Assembly (NCBI RefSeq): GCF_006345805.1
Contig: NC_042999.1
Location: 84,568,001 to 84,632,000, forward strand
Source of the DNA: Octopus sinensis
Lineage: Eukaryota
DNA length: 64,000 bases
Direction of reading: 5' to 3'
In this document: piece after piece, positions 27,979 through 43,893 of the stretch
Position numbering within the stretch: position 1 is the stretch's first letter
Layout of the letters: each line of letters starts with the position of its first letter
Notes under the pieces: generated by a model
Told to the model about the DNA's origin: nothing
Database searches by the model: none
The model's input: only the letters and a program-made list of their open reading frames with translations
Position numbers and translations under genes: made by a program

Positions 27979-30088
27979 TATGTATATATGTATATGTTGA
28001 ACTCCTGGTTCGGATCACTTATAGATCGATAATTGTGATATATAAGACCTACTAAAGGCTCATTTTCTGGAATTTGTAAAGTTTGACCAATCTAGTATAA
28101 ATTAGAGTTCCACGATGTAGCGCGGAATATAATATATGCATGTATAATAATATTTAAGACATTTGTGTATACTCCAACGTGAGAAGATCTTGCCTTAAAG
28201 AAAAAGGTGCGGTAGAAATATCTTTCTCTTAGACTACGTGTGTGTAAATATATTGAGATATGCAATTACTGTTCGGAGAACGCATTCAGTTCTGCTTCGA
28301 GCCATGATAACGAATTCCAGCTTATTTTTAACGTGTAAACTCGAAGTAGATAATGCTATAAGTAATAGAGTGCATAGTATTGCTTGCATTTCTTATATAT
28401 CACAACTCTCGTTCTGATAGAGTTGTGAACTGGGTAGTTGTAGTTAATGCCGCGTACCACCACAGAAACGCATGTGTGCCACGGTACGATAACGTCATTC
28501 ATACCCCAAAAATTTTGTCTCAGAATTTTCTCCGAAGATTATTTCCGCAGCAAACGATCATCCCATGGTCGAGTGTACTCAAATGAGTTAAATATCATTG
28601 TACAGGCAGCTTCAATGCTGTTTCTTTCAACTCTATTCAATGTGTGTGCACGCGCGTGTGTATGTGTATACAAAGGAAGATAAATTACATAATTAAATAC
28701 ATAATACATTGAAAGCTAGTAATTTACAGGCTAATGAACTCTTAGTTCAATTAAGATGTTTTCGTGGATATAGTAATTCTGCACCATGTGGTCTTTCATA
28801 CTTTTTATTGGTTAGCTCGATCAGATGATAATGTAAATGGCATGTAGTTTTGATATGGAGCAGCGTAGTCTTCTTGGCTGATGGCCTGTTCATCTCGTTG
28901 TTTATGTGATTTTAGATATTTATTCAGAAACCGATACAGGAATATCATGGAGTGTTTGTAGCTCTTTAACTTTGGTTACGATTGTGTATTTGCTTTGCGA
29001 TGCCTTCCAAGTAACTATGCTAACTTTTATATTATTTTTTAAAGAGATTATTGACCGTTGAGACTGCCAGGTGCCAGAGAAATGTTATTTTAATCATTAT
29101 CAAGAAATTCCAGCGGTATATCTTGAAGTATGTCTGCAGCTCTTTGGCGTTAATACTGCGCAAAGATTTTTCTTTATTCTTTCCTTTAAAACAACGTGTG
29201 TTGAATATGTCAATGTACAGGGATGTGACATGTTTGAATATAACCCTCAGTGCCGATTGGGTATATCTCAACGAATATTAAATATTCTTTTTTTACTTCA
29301 GGTGAAATATCTAATGGAAATAATTTGCTACTATTTTCGTTGAACTCTCTATAAGAACGATGCACACCTACGTTCAAGTCTTATGTGATATCTAAACAGA
29401 AACAAAAAATTGATGATACTGAAGTTAGTGTTGAATTAAATTTTTCAATGAAATTCTTGTAATACACCTATTAATGTTGTCTTGGAGACGTTTAATTTAA
29501 TCACTTCTCTTTTTGACAAAGAAAAATTCACCAGAAGGCAAGATTTAGTAACTTCCTTTGATAGAATATTATGCTTATAAGGTGAAATGTTATAAGTCTC
29601 ACTAATAAATGTTTTACCAAATTTTAAAGCTTTTTTTATTCGTACGTTTAATGAACATACACAAGTTTGTCGATAGACCTCAGTTGTGTAACCATACGAC
29701 ACACACACACAAGATCTCGCTCTATTTCTCTCCCTTTTTCTCCCTCTTTCCCTATCTTTGTATCTTTCTTGCTTTCTTGCTTTCTTTCTTGTCTTTCTTC
29801 TCTGCTTATTAAATGTATGCATGCAACTTTACAAAATATTAACAAATATCCAACCTCAGAAAGGCACTTCAAAATTTTAAACTATGCATCATCCATATGT
29901 TTGTGTATTTCTTTGGGTCAGTGTATGTGCAATACATGGTTAATAACTTAGCCGATGGGAATTAGTAAGTTACCATCTATAAAACACATTTATAATTCTT
30001 AAATGTATTGAGTGCACTCAAATGCCGAATTAATTAAGAAAACACAGATAGATAGATAGATAGATAGATAGATACATAGAGATATATA

Positions 30089-30177
<89 letters not shown>

Positions 30178-31346
30178 TATATATATATGTGCGTGTTTGT
30201 ACATACTATACATATATATACATGCATACACTTCTTTCTGTCTTTCTCTCTCTCCTCCCTCTTCACATGTGTGTGTGTTTATACATACAGGAATGCATAT
30301 ATATGTTTGTGAGTGCGGTTATGAGATCAGTGTACGTATCAATGCGTTTTATATTTGTTTAAAGTTTTTTTTTCTTTTATTCTTTTATTTATCAGTTATT
30401 AATTTGGAGATGTTTTTTTTATAAACTTTCGTTATTTACATCTTGTTCTCCGTTGCTTTATTGTTTGGTGAAATTGCGGCGAGATGAAATTGAAATATGA
30501 ACGGAATATCAAAAGTTCAGAACTTATTAAAGAATTCTTCGGGTCATAGCATAGCATTGTTTGGCAGTTAACCTTTACTTAAACGAGATTAATTAGCTTA
30601 CTAAAAGATTTGAAGCGTTTGCTTTGAATTTCTTTCTTTACCTTTACTAAATTTTGTGTGGTTTGAAATCTTTTATAGTTTCCACGGGCTAGCTGCTCAT
30701 AACTTTCATTCTTTTCGTTGTTTTTATCCATCTCTCTCCCTCTCCAATTTCATTATCTGTCTTTCTCTCCCTTTTATTTTTCAAAAGATAAATGTTGTTC
30801 CAAAGATGAAAAACTATAACAGCAACAACAACAACAACACAGGAAAACAAGAAGCAACGCCAGTAATTTCTTTTTAATATTTGAAAGTTTTTCCTCTCAT
30901 CAGATTTGATTCGATCTGGAGTTTGATCTTTATAGCTATAGAGACTTAGTGAAAACAATAAAACTAACTGGCGGCATTCACCTCAACAGATGTGTGATAA
31001 ACAAAACTAAATAGACACGCAAAAAATTCACATATGTATGTACGTGTATATATGTGTATATCTCATGTGTGTATGTGTGTATGGGTGTATGCGTATGAGT
31101 TTTCATTAATGTATATGCAATATTTATGCCTCTGTATATATGTGGATGGACTAGTGTACTTGCTGGAAATTATTGTGGTGGTAAAAATTAATAGCCGTGG
31201 ACACTTATCCTGCTAACCTCGGATTGACGGGAAGAAGAGATTAGTTTTATTATCTTATGGTAGACAGCGGTATATCTTATATCTTCCTTCCTTAGAAAAT
31301 TTAATACTCAAAATATTGTACATTTAAACACCAGGACACGCTTTTC

Positions 31347-31398
<52 letters not shown>

Positions 31399-31492
31399 AA
31401 TACAAAAAATGGGATACATATATATATGTATATATGTATGTATTTGTATATATCTATTTATATATATTTACGAAGTATGTGTGTATATATGT

Positions 31493-31567
<75 letters not shown>

Positions 31568-32269
31568 TATATATACACGGGTGTGTATGATTGTGTATAC
31601 AAGATTATACTAATCAAAGGAATTCCGACTTTGCCTGATTTTCAAGTTTTATATACAATGTTATATTTATAATAATATAATATAGGATAATATAATATAA
31701 TGAAATGATAGAATATTAAATGTTCATTCTGATTGAAGAAGTACTTTCATGCGTTAAACTATCCAATCTTCAGATCCATATAGTAGTGGTGGCAGTTATG
31801 TTTAAATATTTAGAACTGTAATGTGATGGCTAAAATGTGTGTCTTAAATACATTTGTATAAGCTCCAGAATGTCAAGTTTTGCAAACTGTATTCTGGCTA
31901 ATCAGTGTGTGGCTTCAGTAAATTACTTACATTGACAGGTGTTTGGTTTAGGCGTGCCGGCTTGTTGAACATTAGTAGAGGCCTCTACCTACCAGAAACT
32001 GGGTAAAAATCCGATCTAGATCTGGAAGTAAACCTAGATCATTTCCCTAGGTTGTTAAAATCAATACTAACAAATAGAAAAATAATATCCATAATACCAA
32101 AAACAGGACAGAAAACTTAACGAAATCAAGTAAAATACCACAACCAAAACGAGAGTCCATGAAGCAAACATCAACAGGAACATAAATCATAAACAGAGAA
32201 AAATCCATTTTTTAACGGTAGGACAACAAACACCGGAGAAAGAAAAAATCCAATGGTAATTAAAAAGGA

Positions 32270-32470
32270 TACCACTATTACCTCACATATCTAATATAAA
32301 CACACGGACACACATCAATATCGGAATTTTTTATCGTGTCATCCACCACATACAAAAAGAAAGAGCATTTACTGCCTAGCCAGAAGAATTTGTACCATTG
32401 TAGAAGATGTGAATATCAGGAACAAACGCCTAACAGAACTAAGAGTGGTTTTGCTCACACAAAAATGCTT
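32270..32470 (+). pseudogene. Penelope-like RT thumb fragment
   Basis: I*YKHTDTHQYRNFLSCHPPHTKRKSIYCLARRICTIVED..RNKRLTEL. Confidence 0.75.
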
Positions 32471-32639
32471 GTCTCTACTTTCAGAGAGAGAGAGATAGTG
32501 AGCGAATGAATGAAACAGACATAAGCTTAAAGAGAGGAACTATTACAGAAGGTGAGAGAGAATATATGTAACCAAGAAAAACAAAGAATGAGAAAAGGAA
32601 AGGGAAGATAGAAATAAACAGAGAGAGAAAAGAGAGATA

Positions 32640-32863
32640 ATCGGTTGAAAACTACCAAAGTCACACTGCAGTTCTTAGAGAAAAGCCCATGTGAAACACA
32701 TTTCCCTCTGGTTTCTCGCTTTACGCAAGAGCTCTGGCACATAAGTAAAGTGTGTGTGTAAAGTTTGGTAAAAATCGGTTGAAAACTGTAGAAATGCATA
32801 CATACTACACACGCAGACAAATATATACATACATACAGACATCCTTGTTTTATATATATAGAT
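32640..32863 (-). mobile_element. Probable non-autonomous Helitron 5' part
   Basis: Minus strand starts A|TCTATATATATAAAAC followed by (TGTA)n-like repeat and CAACCGATTTTTACCAAACTT; no 3' CTRR hairpin identified. Confidence 0.4.
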
Positions 32864-32903
32864 ATACACGATGTACGTAGATATATATATATATATATAT
32901 ATA

Positions 32904-33336
32904 TAATTAACAATTGAGGATAAAATCGTTAAAAGAAATTATCAGTAGTCAACGTGAAAAACCTCGTAAGAGAAAAAATCCGTAAATTCTTCCTCTTTGA
33001 AAATATTCATTTATATTATATTGAGGGTACTACTATTCGTAGATACCAACACGCTAAGAGGGACCAATGCGGTCAAAACTACTAAAAATAAACAAAATTT
33101 TACCGAATGCAAAACTTCAAAACACATCATTTTAAAAAAGAATTCAGTTACATATCACATGTGATTTCGCATTTAATGCAGAATATGCATTTCATGTTCG
33201 TTTTTAAAATGATGTGTTTTGAAGTTTTGCATTCGGTAAAATTTTGTTTATTTTTAGTAGTTTTGACTGCATTGGTCCCTCTTAGCGTGTTGGTATCTAC
33301 GAATAGTAGTACCCTCAATATAATATAAATGAATAT
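32904..33336. mobile_element. Fold-back element in (TA)n with 136-bp arms
   Basis: 33003-33138 and 33201-33336 are reverse complements with one mismatch. Confidence 0.8.
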
Positions 33337-33351
33337 ATATATATATATATA

Positions 33352-33395
<44 letters not shown>

Positions 33396-34043
33396 ATATA
33401 TACATATTTATATACGGAAGGTGAATGCTTGTGTTCACAAACGAAGTAAAATTACTTAATATATAAATTACAGTGCCTTCTCTTTATCAGAATTTAAATT
33501 CGTTTGAATCCTATTATTATTCAAACAATTAGAGTACAATTGCTGCGAAGAAATACATCACATCGAAATTGAATGCTTTACTGAGATTTGATTGGTTGCC
33601 AAAACCCGTTAGAAAAGGTGTAAAGCGCTCATCTATTATAATCAATGAATATATTTTCCTATCCTCCCACGAATACTCGAAATATCACACGTGGAAAAGA
33701 ATATGACATCCAGGAAGGTGACTGCTGCTGTTGCAGGTTTAATAAGAGAAGCTTCTATTCTTTCATATGTTTTATATATATGGTACTGAAAGCATGAAAA
33801 TATCACAGGATATGTTCTAGATTGAATATTGAATATTGAATATTTAAGTGCGTGGTACATTTTGTCTGATGGTTTCTTGGTGACCAATTAACTTTCCATC
33901 CAGTGTTTCAGTGTTTATAGACATATTTTTGCTAATGTATTCCCACATTTCTTCCCTATTTCAATTATTTGAGTATTCGGTACGTGCGTCTTCAATCATG
34001 ATGTGTGCTGCTTCTTTCGGATTTATATTTTTTACAAACATAT

Positions 34044-34112
<69 letters not shown>

Positions 34113-34270
34113 GGCGCAGGCGCGACTGTGTGGTAAGATGCTTGCTTCCCAACCACGTGGGTCTGGGTTTAGTCCCACTTCGTCGTACCATGAACAACTG
34201 TCTTACACTATAACCTCTGGCCGACCAAAGTCATGTGTGTGGATGTGGTAGACTTAAACCGAAAGAAGCC
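34113..34270 (+). mobile_element. SINE family A, tRNA-like head and 5' half
   Basis: GGCGCAGG..TGTGTGGTAAG (A-box-like), GGGTTTAGTCCC (B-box-like); recurs at 1815-1851, 42885-42987, 61503-61660. Confidence 0.8.
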
Positions 34271-35359
34271 CATATTGTGTGTGTGTGTGTGTGAGTTTTT
34301 GTATGTTCATCTTATCAAATATGGAAAATTCAAGGTCAATAATTAGGAAATAAAAATTAAAAGTTAAAAATTAAAACAGTTTACTTTTACATTCTGTGAG
34401 TAATTAAAAAAATACTTGATATTTTCTCTTAACATCTCTTCTTCGTATATAAGGTTTCATAGCAGATTAATGTTTGAAAGCTCATTTAAAACAGGATTTT
34501 TCTCAGAGATATTACATCACGAAATCTCCCAGGGCGATAGTTATTTTGAGACGTTGTTATTATAGTGTTCCAATAACACCCTATAACCAATTACAATCTT
34601 CGCTTGTATTATTCTGAGAATAAAGCTGTGTATCGAAACCTTAAATGCTTAATGAATTTAGGAAAGCTATTGTTCCAACTTAAAAATGACTGAGCAGAAG
34701 CAAAACAACCGCTGCATTAAGCCCACAAATTTACCAGAAGAGAAGAGGAATTCAGTTACATCACAACAAGTAAGAACTATTGTAGTGGCAAAGGAAGAAC
34801 TACCGTTACCTTAGTAGTAAGCACTGACAGCAGCAGCATCAAAGTAACAGTGGGGGGGTAGTGACAGAAGAGGAATTAAAATGTTTGATTTAGTCTTGCT
34901 GGACAAAATACCACAATACCTAGTAGAAGCGGTACGCCACAACACCAGATTAGCAAGTTTATTTATATTCATGGTATAACAGCAGATGCACACCAGAAAA
35001 GAGTAATAAACTGGTGTAAATATCCCTAGGACAAGGTGTACTCCGTTTGATAAGTATCTGGCGAGACATAGATTTTGTGACACAGAAACCCTGATGCAGA
35101 AGTACTCCACCATCCAACTAAGAATCAGGAATTTACACTGATATTATTTTATCTGGGCCGGAAAGTAATCATGGTATAAATTGCTAACATACAACAAGAG
35201 CTAAACTCCTTTTTGATAATGAAATGTATAGTATTTGAGGAGTTAGTACGCTGTTAGGGAAAATATGTGGTTGGAGATCTTCATTCTGGAGAAATATGAG
35301 ACATTGGACAGGATCTCCGACCTAATGGAGAACCTACTAGAACCTTTTATTCTGGAAGA

Positions 35360-36716
35360 ATATAAGAATAAAATCCAAGCAGTTAATACATTGACAGTGC
35401 ATGGAGCTGTCCACCCTAAGAGTGACACCGATAGTCTGTACTTGTCCAGAGGTAAGGGTGAGAGAGGCTTGATCAGCTGCCAAGATTGGATCGAAGCAGA
35501 GGAAAACAGATTTGGGTGGTATGTAAAAACTACCGTAAAACCATTGTTGAAACATGTGAAGAAGTCCGGCGTCATCAAACTTGATAACCGTGTAAAGAAA
35601 GAAAAACTTACAGAGGAAAAGCATGGAAAGAGAAAAAAATGTACGGTCAGTTTTCAAGAGATATGAACGCCAAGACAGATACAGAAGACCGGTGGCTATT
35701 AAGTGGCCTGAAGATAGAGACAGCAGTGTTTATATGTATAGCACAAGAAAAAGCATTAAGGACTAACTATGTAAAGTACACAATCGACAACAGAAGCGAG
35801 AGCGACAAATCGTGAATGTGTGGTGAGAGGGATGAAACGGTGTGGAATATCGTTATCAAATGCCCGAAATTGGCACAACGCGATTACAAAAGACAACATG
35901 ACGATGTGGCAAAAATGAGAAGACGTGGTATGAGCAAACCCCGGAAGAAGTCACCAAGAATGAAGACTGCAAAATCTTGTGGTGAATAAAAAAAGAAAGA
36001 ACATGCATGTTAAACGACATAGCATGTCCTGGTGACAACAGGGTTAAAGATAAAGGAGAAGAAAACTGAACAACTACGACGATTTATATGCGCAGCTCAA
36101 GAACAAGCTTTAAGGAACCCACTATGTGAAGTACAGAATGGAAAGCACTACCGACAGGGACAAATGCAGAATGTGTGGTGAGAGGGGTGACAATGTAACA
36201 AGAATGATCTATTGGGAGCTCTGTGGAAATCACGGTCTACGAATACCAAACAAGTGGTATGAACAAATCCCAAGAGGGGTCACTAAGAATGAGAATTACA
36301 AAATCCTGCGGAATGCAATGATTTAGTGCGATCACCTGACCAGACATAGGTGAACAAAAACTTACGAACATGCATGATAATGGACATAGTATGTCCCGGT
36401 GAAAACAGGTTCAACGACAAAGAAGAAAAATGACGATTTGAAGTGGAAAATACGAAGGTTGTTTTCAATGAGGTGAGTAGGCGTGTTACCAATAGTAACT
36501 GGCGCACTTGGAAGTATCAGCACTCAAATACCAACATGGCTCAAAAATACTGGAAGAAATGTAAAGGTAGAACACCTATAAAAGTAAGTATTGCTTAGAA
36601 CTGCAAGAATTCTTCGCAGGGTTTTGAAGCATAACCAATAAACAAGTGTAACCTTAGTCTGCTGGTTGTGGACAGCTGGCACTTTCCATCATACCATATG
36701 CTGAGAGTTTTCATCA

Positions 36717-36717
<1 letters not shown>
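35360..36717 (+). mobile_element. R4/Dong-like non-LTR retrotransposon 3' end (zinc knuckle + restriction-like endonuclease), two fused decayed copies
   Basis: HPKSDTDSLYLSRGKGERGL, AQEKALRTNY, DKCRMCGER, DIACPGDNRV.DK, IVTGALGS; 3' UTR runs into (AAT)n. Confidence 0.85.
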
Positions 36718-37980
<1,263 letters not shown>

Positions 37981-38650
37981 ATATCGCTAATTGTCCTACA
38001 CGAAACACAAAACAATTAATTATAGTTTGGTGTGCGTTTCACTCGCCTTTGTTCTGTGGTAGACCTCTGAGGATTTACCTAATTTACGAGAGAATTTCTT
38101 TTTTTTTTTAATATATTTTTATACACGTATATTGTAAGAAGAAAAATGGCACGTGGAATGGAATAGAATAGGAGGTTCTATTATTTGGATGTGATGTGGT
38201 AAGGGGTTATTTTTCGACTGACAGCTCAGTATGAATTGATGGTATAAAAAAGAGTTTGTGGCGCCATGCTACTGGTGGAAGGAAAAGTGGAGAACAGTGC
38301 AAAATGAAGCAGAAAATCAGTAGACCATGAATGAATTATAGCGCTTATTCTTCTATATGAAATATGAAACATAAAATTTTAGACTAAAATATTAAGTATG
38401 TACACACACACACAGACATATATATATATACGCACACATACATACATACATACATACATACATACATACATACATACATACATACATACACACATATATA
38501 CATACATGCAATATGTCTATAGTCACATATACATATATATAAAATATACATACGGATTGTGAGAATGTCTTAAAGAACTGAGAGATATTCTTGTGCATAA
38601 ATACGTGTTTATAAGTGTATATGTGCGTGTATATGTATATATGTATATAT

Positions 38651-38687
<37 letters not shown>

Positions 38688-39233
38688 GTGTATGTATGTA
38701 TATAAACATACATATATGTGTGTGTATATATACACACATAAGCACACCCACGCGTAAATATTCATACAAAAACTGAGAAAACCTTAGAGAATTATGATAT
38801 ATTCATATACATAAATACGTGTGTGTATAAACATAAGCGCACACACACAAGTACACATATACACACACATACATGTACATATATACATATACACACATAC
38901 ACACACAAACGCACGCACGCACACACACACATACACATGTATATATTACGAACGCATTTTTCTGCATCGTTTTGTTTTTTTCCTTTAAAAAATTCCTTTC
39001 CTGAGAAGACCATTTTTTCTCATTAAAAAGTCATACTGGAAAAAATTACATTATCAGTTTGGGCAATTATGATTACGATGAAATGATAATAGATTGAAAA
39101 AATATTCACATACTTAAAATGAAATTATGGACGTGAAATAATCACCTATCTATGTTTTTATCTATGTCTGCAGGTACATACATACATGCAGACAGCCAAA
39201 CAGACAGGCAGACATACAGAGAGACAGACAGAC

Positions 39234-39321
<88 letters not shown>

Positions 39322-39374
39322 ATGTATTCATGTATCTCTGTTGTGTCTGTGTATACATACATACTTGCAGACAA

Positions 39375-39409
<35 letters not shown>

Positions 39410-39482
39410 CGTGTGTGTATGTGCGTGTATGTATATATGTATGTATGCATGTATGTTTGTATAGTTAGGTGTCTATATATGA

Positions 39483-39525
<43 letters not shown>

Positions 39526-39867
39526 TACACTCACGCGCACACACTCACACGCACACACACACACACACATATATATATGCTTATATTAGTTTTTAATGTT
39601 TTTGGAGTAGATGTTTATGGCTATTTAAATCTGTGTACTTTTTGTGTGGGGTTTCTGTTGTGTTGCGGTAGTACGTGTGTGTGCACGTATACCTGAATGT
39701 ACGTAACAAGTTTTACATTAAAGTTTCTTAAACCAATCGCAAAACAAAAATTATACTTCTCCGACATTGCATCGGAGGCATCAAAAGTACTAATATTACC
39801 CAAAGACCACAACTAAGAATGAAATATCTTTAAAAAATGCATTTCAAAAGCAACAGCAAAATACATG

Positions 39868-39882
39868 AACAATAATAATAAT

Positions 39883-39953
<71 letters not shown>

Positions 39954-39973
39954 TGATGATGATGATGATGATG

Positions 39974-40026
<53 letters not shown>
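39868..40026. repeat. (AAT)n-(GAT)n-(AAT)n microsatellite
   Basis: Direct reading. Confidence 0.95.
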
Positions 40027-41254
40027 CAGTGCGAACCAAAAATGTTTACAACAACCACCACAAGCGCAAATTTTTATCATGATAACAAAAGAAAACCTCA
40101 AATAATGGCAATAACAGCAATAATATAGAAAAAAAACATAGCAAATATCTCTAGCACAACCAACTAAATCCGGAAATAGCCCACACTCCTTACAACACAT
40201 TGCCAAAGTTCTACATTCAAAACTTCAGCAGCCACTAACATTATCTCCAACACAGCAGCATCACAACAGTAATAACCACAACAATTGGCACAATACAAAA
40301 AAAAAAAATTACACACTAATAACAAACAATAATATAAACGTATTGCTACTTGTACCATCACCCTCACCATCACAACCACCACTACAGCCAGAGCCGACCA
40401 TTCTCCGGAAATCGCACACTTCTAACAACATATTGCTAAAGTTTACTACGTTTAAAACTTCCAACAGGCACCGCTATCAATACTATTACCATTATATCAT
40501 CTCAGTGACAACAGAGAAAACCAGCACCACCGCAACCATCTTACCTACTCCACTACCACCACCACCACCACTATCATCATCATCATCACTATCACCTCCT
40601 CCAACAACAACAACAACAGCACTAATTCGAGTGACAACAAAAGGATCACCAGCAACACCAACGTACAGATGGGGAAAACGAAAGACTGTTGTTCTTGAGT
40701 CAACTCGATGGAGAAGAGCAAGATGGAAGAGAGGAGAAAAATATAGTGAAGATGAAGAAAAAAATTAACACAAAAGATGAAAACTCATGCATAATTAATG
40801 CTGTGAAGCGTAAAATACTTGAAATTATTGCTGGGAGACAAGTCTATCAAAATAGCATATCAATACTGATTAATAATCTTTTTAACGCAAATTGCTCTAT
40901 TAAGTTTTGAATAGTAAAAGGAGAACATTTCGAGAGTGTTGTTGTTGTCTATTTGAAGCGTACACGGCTATTGTTCAAGTAGATATCAGAAAAAAATATA
41001 TATATTCTGATGATAATATTAACACCACCAACAACAACATCGACAACATCAACAACAACAAGAGCGACAACAACACAGCAACAATAGTATATTTTCGTAG
41101 TAGATCAGTTGCATTGAAATTTATGACAGCACACGGAATAATTATTGTTATGGTGAATATGATGATGATAGATATGGTACTACTATTACCACAACCACCA
41201 CTACCACTATACTACGACTACTACTACTACTACTAATAATAATAATAATAATAA

Positions 41255-41292
<38 letters not shown>

Positions 41293-42089
41293 TAATAATA
41301 ATAATAATAATAATAATACCTACAAAATGTGCTGTTCATCATTTTGTCATGTGTAATCCTTTCATTCGTATAACATCGTGTTATCTCAGGTCTACTTTAT
41401 TTTTACTTTGTTTTGATTTTGTTTTTGCTTGTAGTCGTGTTTTTTTATAACTTAGTTGTAGAATAAATAAATAAATGAATAAATAAATAAGTAATATAAA
41501 CAGATGCCGTGGCTCAGTGGCTGTGCGCCGCATCTTATGTGAACTCATTTATTGAAACTGATTGCCTCAATAAATAGATTTTTTATACATATGTCCCATT
41601 TATGTTGTGCACACGTGTCTGGATATGCAATATAGAGAACTACACAAAAGGAATTACATTATACCCGTAAAATAAATATTTTTGTTTACAGTATCGGCAT
41701 GCTGCCTTGGTTTATAGAGGTAAGTTGTCACAATTTGTAAAATGCTACTCCGGCTGTAGATTTAAAAATCTAAGATTGGTATGCATATATGAAATGTACG
41801 CCATAATTATCGTATCAGCCATATAAAGATTTTTGAATTAAATGAACTTATTGTTAATTGTTATCACTAAGTGGGATGTACATATTTGAATTGTTTGACC
41901 ACATACTATTACAAACGCGACTCCACTCATGGGGGTTTCGCATTCTTGAAAATCTTAACCTAACGTGAATCTTGTTTTCTCGTTGAGTTTATGTTACATG
42001 TAAGTCGGAGACAGAATAAGTTCCATGTTACAGGAATGCACGTTAGCAAAAGATTTTCTTAAGTGCAACGTTTCAATAATGCAGAGGAT

Positions 42090-42860
42090 ACTTGTATTAC
42101 ACTGCTCATATGCAGCTAAACAAAGACAAATGTGAACTAATCCACTTCAGAAAAGGGTATTCACGTAAGTTACCATACACCATTTACTCGGGTGAAACTC
42201 TCGTGACATCAAGCACCACTAGAGATCTCGGAGTAAGTGTCGATAACAACTTAAGCTTGAGAACCCACATAAACAGCAAAGTTAACATGGCCTGCAGGAC
42301 GCGCTCCTAGACCCTTAGGAATTTCTGGTTTAAGAATGAACCTACCCCTATCCTTCTCTTTTCTACTTTCGCTCGTCTTTACTTGAGTAGTTTGGTCCGC
42401 TATAATCACCCTACAAGGAAAAAGAAGTATTATAAAAATAGAAGCACCCCAAAGATCAATAACAAAAAAGATGACATGACAGTTCTTTATTACTGGGATG
42501 AGCTCGTAAAGCTCAAATTCTAATTTTCTGCAACACCGCAGTGAACACTATGTTACTTGTAAAATGGGGAAAAATATTCCATCAACATTGTCCAACTTAT
42601 TTTGGCATTAATTTTAAGATTTACTCAAGACTTACACCACGTGTCTACAAATATCGTGCTCGAGTCACATCACGATACTAACACAGAACTGTATTTCTTT
42701 AAGTAGCCCTGCTTCCCCTAACGCTCATGCCAAGAGACATAAGGAATAATGATATCTCAAAGCATGCAAGCAGTTCCTGGGTGAATTCATCTAACTAAGT
42801 CAAAATAAACCACGTATAACGCAATATATATCTGTAAACAATAAATCTTTATTCGATTGG
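42090..42860 (+). pseudogene. CR1-clade LINE 3' fragment (older family)
   Basis: MQLNKDKC, RDLGVSVDNNLS..HI, IEAPQRSITKK, YYWDEL parallel the 17.6-18.1 kb region. Confidence 0.75.
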
Positions 42861-42884
42861 GTTATGATGCCCAAAGTATAACTG

Positions 42885-42984
42885 TAATATGCAGAAGACA
42901 CTTTTCCAAGTTTCCACGCGGTGGAACTGAACCCGGAACCATGTTATTGGTAAGCAAGCTATTTACCACACAGTCATACCTGCG

Positions 42985-42987
<3 letters not shown>
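42885..42987 (-). mobile_element. SINE family A head
   Basis: Reverse complement of the 34113 head. Confidence 0.75.
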
Positions 42988-43054
<67 letters not shown>

Positions 43055-43123
43055 CATACATAAATATATATATATTTATATTTGTTTTGCAAAATAGTGG
43101 TTTTGTCTCGAATAATATTTTAT

Positions 43124-43155
<32 letters not shown>

Positions 43156-43658
43156 ATATATGTATGTATATGTATAAAATATAAATGAAAAATGCATTAA
43201 ATATAGTTATATATATATAGTCATAGATATAGATATATAGATATATACACACACACTCGCAATCACACACATACACGCGCGCACGCACACGCATTTATAT
43301 TGATTTGTGTATCATGAGACTAGGTAAATCACTCTTTGACTCAAACGAGAAGCCTCTGAGCTACTTGACCACACACGTTACGAAAGACGATTCTTTTCTC
43401 ATCCTTGACTTTCGGCAGCATTAGTTTAACAGTTACCACTTACCACATACTCTAACGTAACCGAAACAATTATCCTTTCAGTCCCTCACAAAATCAAATG
43501 TTAGAGCATATTCATAAACTGCTGTAGTAGTGCAGATGAAGAATACCGCTTAAACCGCATGAAGTCAGTGCAACATCCATCACCATATTACATTAGAGAT
43601 CATGCAAATATAGAACAAAAATATATAGCTGAAGTAATTTCTGATATAGTATGATAAA

Positions 43659-43893
43659 AGGCGGCGAGCTGGCAGAAACGTTAGCATGCTGGGCGAAATG
43701 CGTAGCCGTATTTCGTCTGCCATTACGTTCTGAGTTCAAATTCCGCCGAGGTCGACTTTGCCTTTCATCCTTTCGGGGTCGATAAATTAAGTACTAGTTA
43801 CGCACTGGGGTCGATGCAATCGACTTAATCCGTTTGTTTGTCCATGTTTGTCCCCCCTCTGTGTTTATCCCCTTGTGGGTAGTAAAGAAATAT
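43659..43893 (+). mobile_element. SINE family B, full length
   Basis: A box TGGCAGAAACGTTAG, B box GAGTTCAAATTCC, core GTCGACTTTGCCTTTCATCCTTTCGGGGTCGATAAA; 15-bp TSD ATATAGTRTGATAAA at 43644-43658 and 43894-43908. Confidence 0.92.

Noticed and set aside
28700-29340. Possible decayed LINE coding sequence (similar suspicion at 21100-21960 and 50560-51200)
   Set aside because: Strand-biased composition suggests old TE ORFs but no diagnostic motif could be read.
31730-31780. Minus-strand CTGAAGA..GAAAGTACTT hammerhead-like motif
   Set aside because: Stems I and II do not pair convincingly.
40343-41342. Pro/Thr/Ser-rich ORFs
   Set aside because: Degenerate trinucleotide low-complexity DNA with no domain or splice support.
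43659-43750. tRNA gene
   Set aside because: A and B boxes are present but there is no cloverleaf; continuous with a SINE body and flanked by a TSD.
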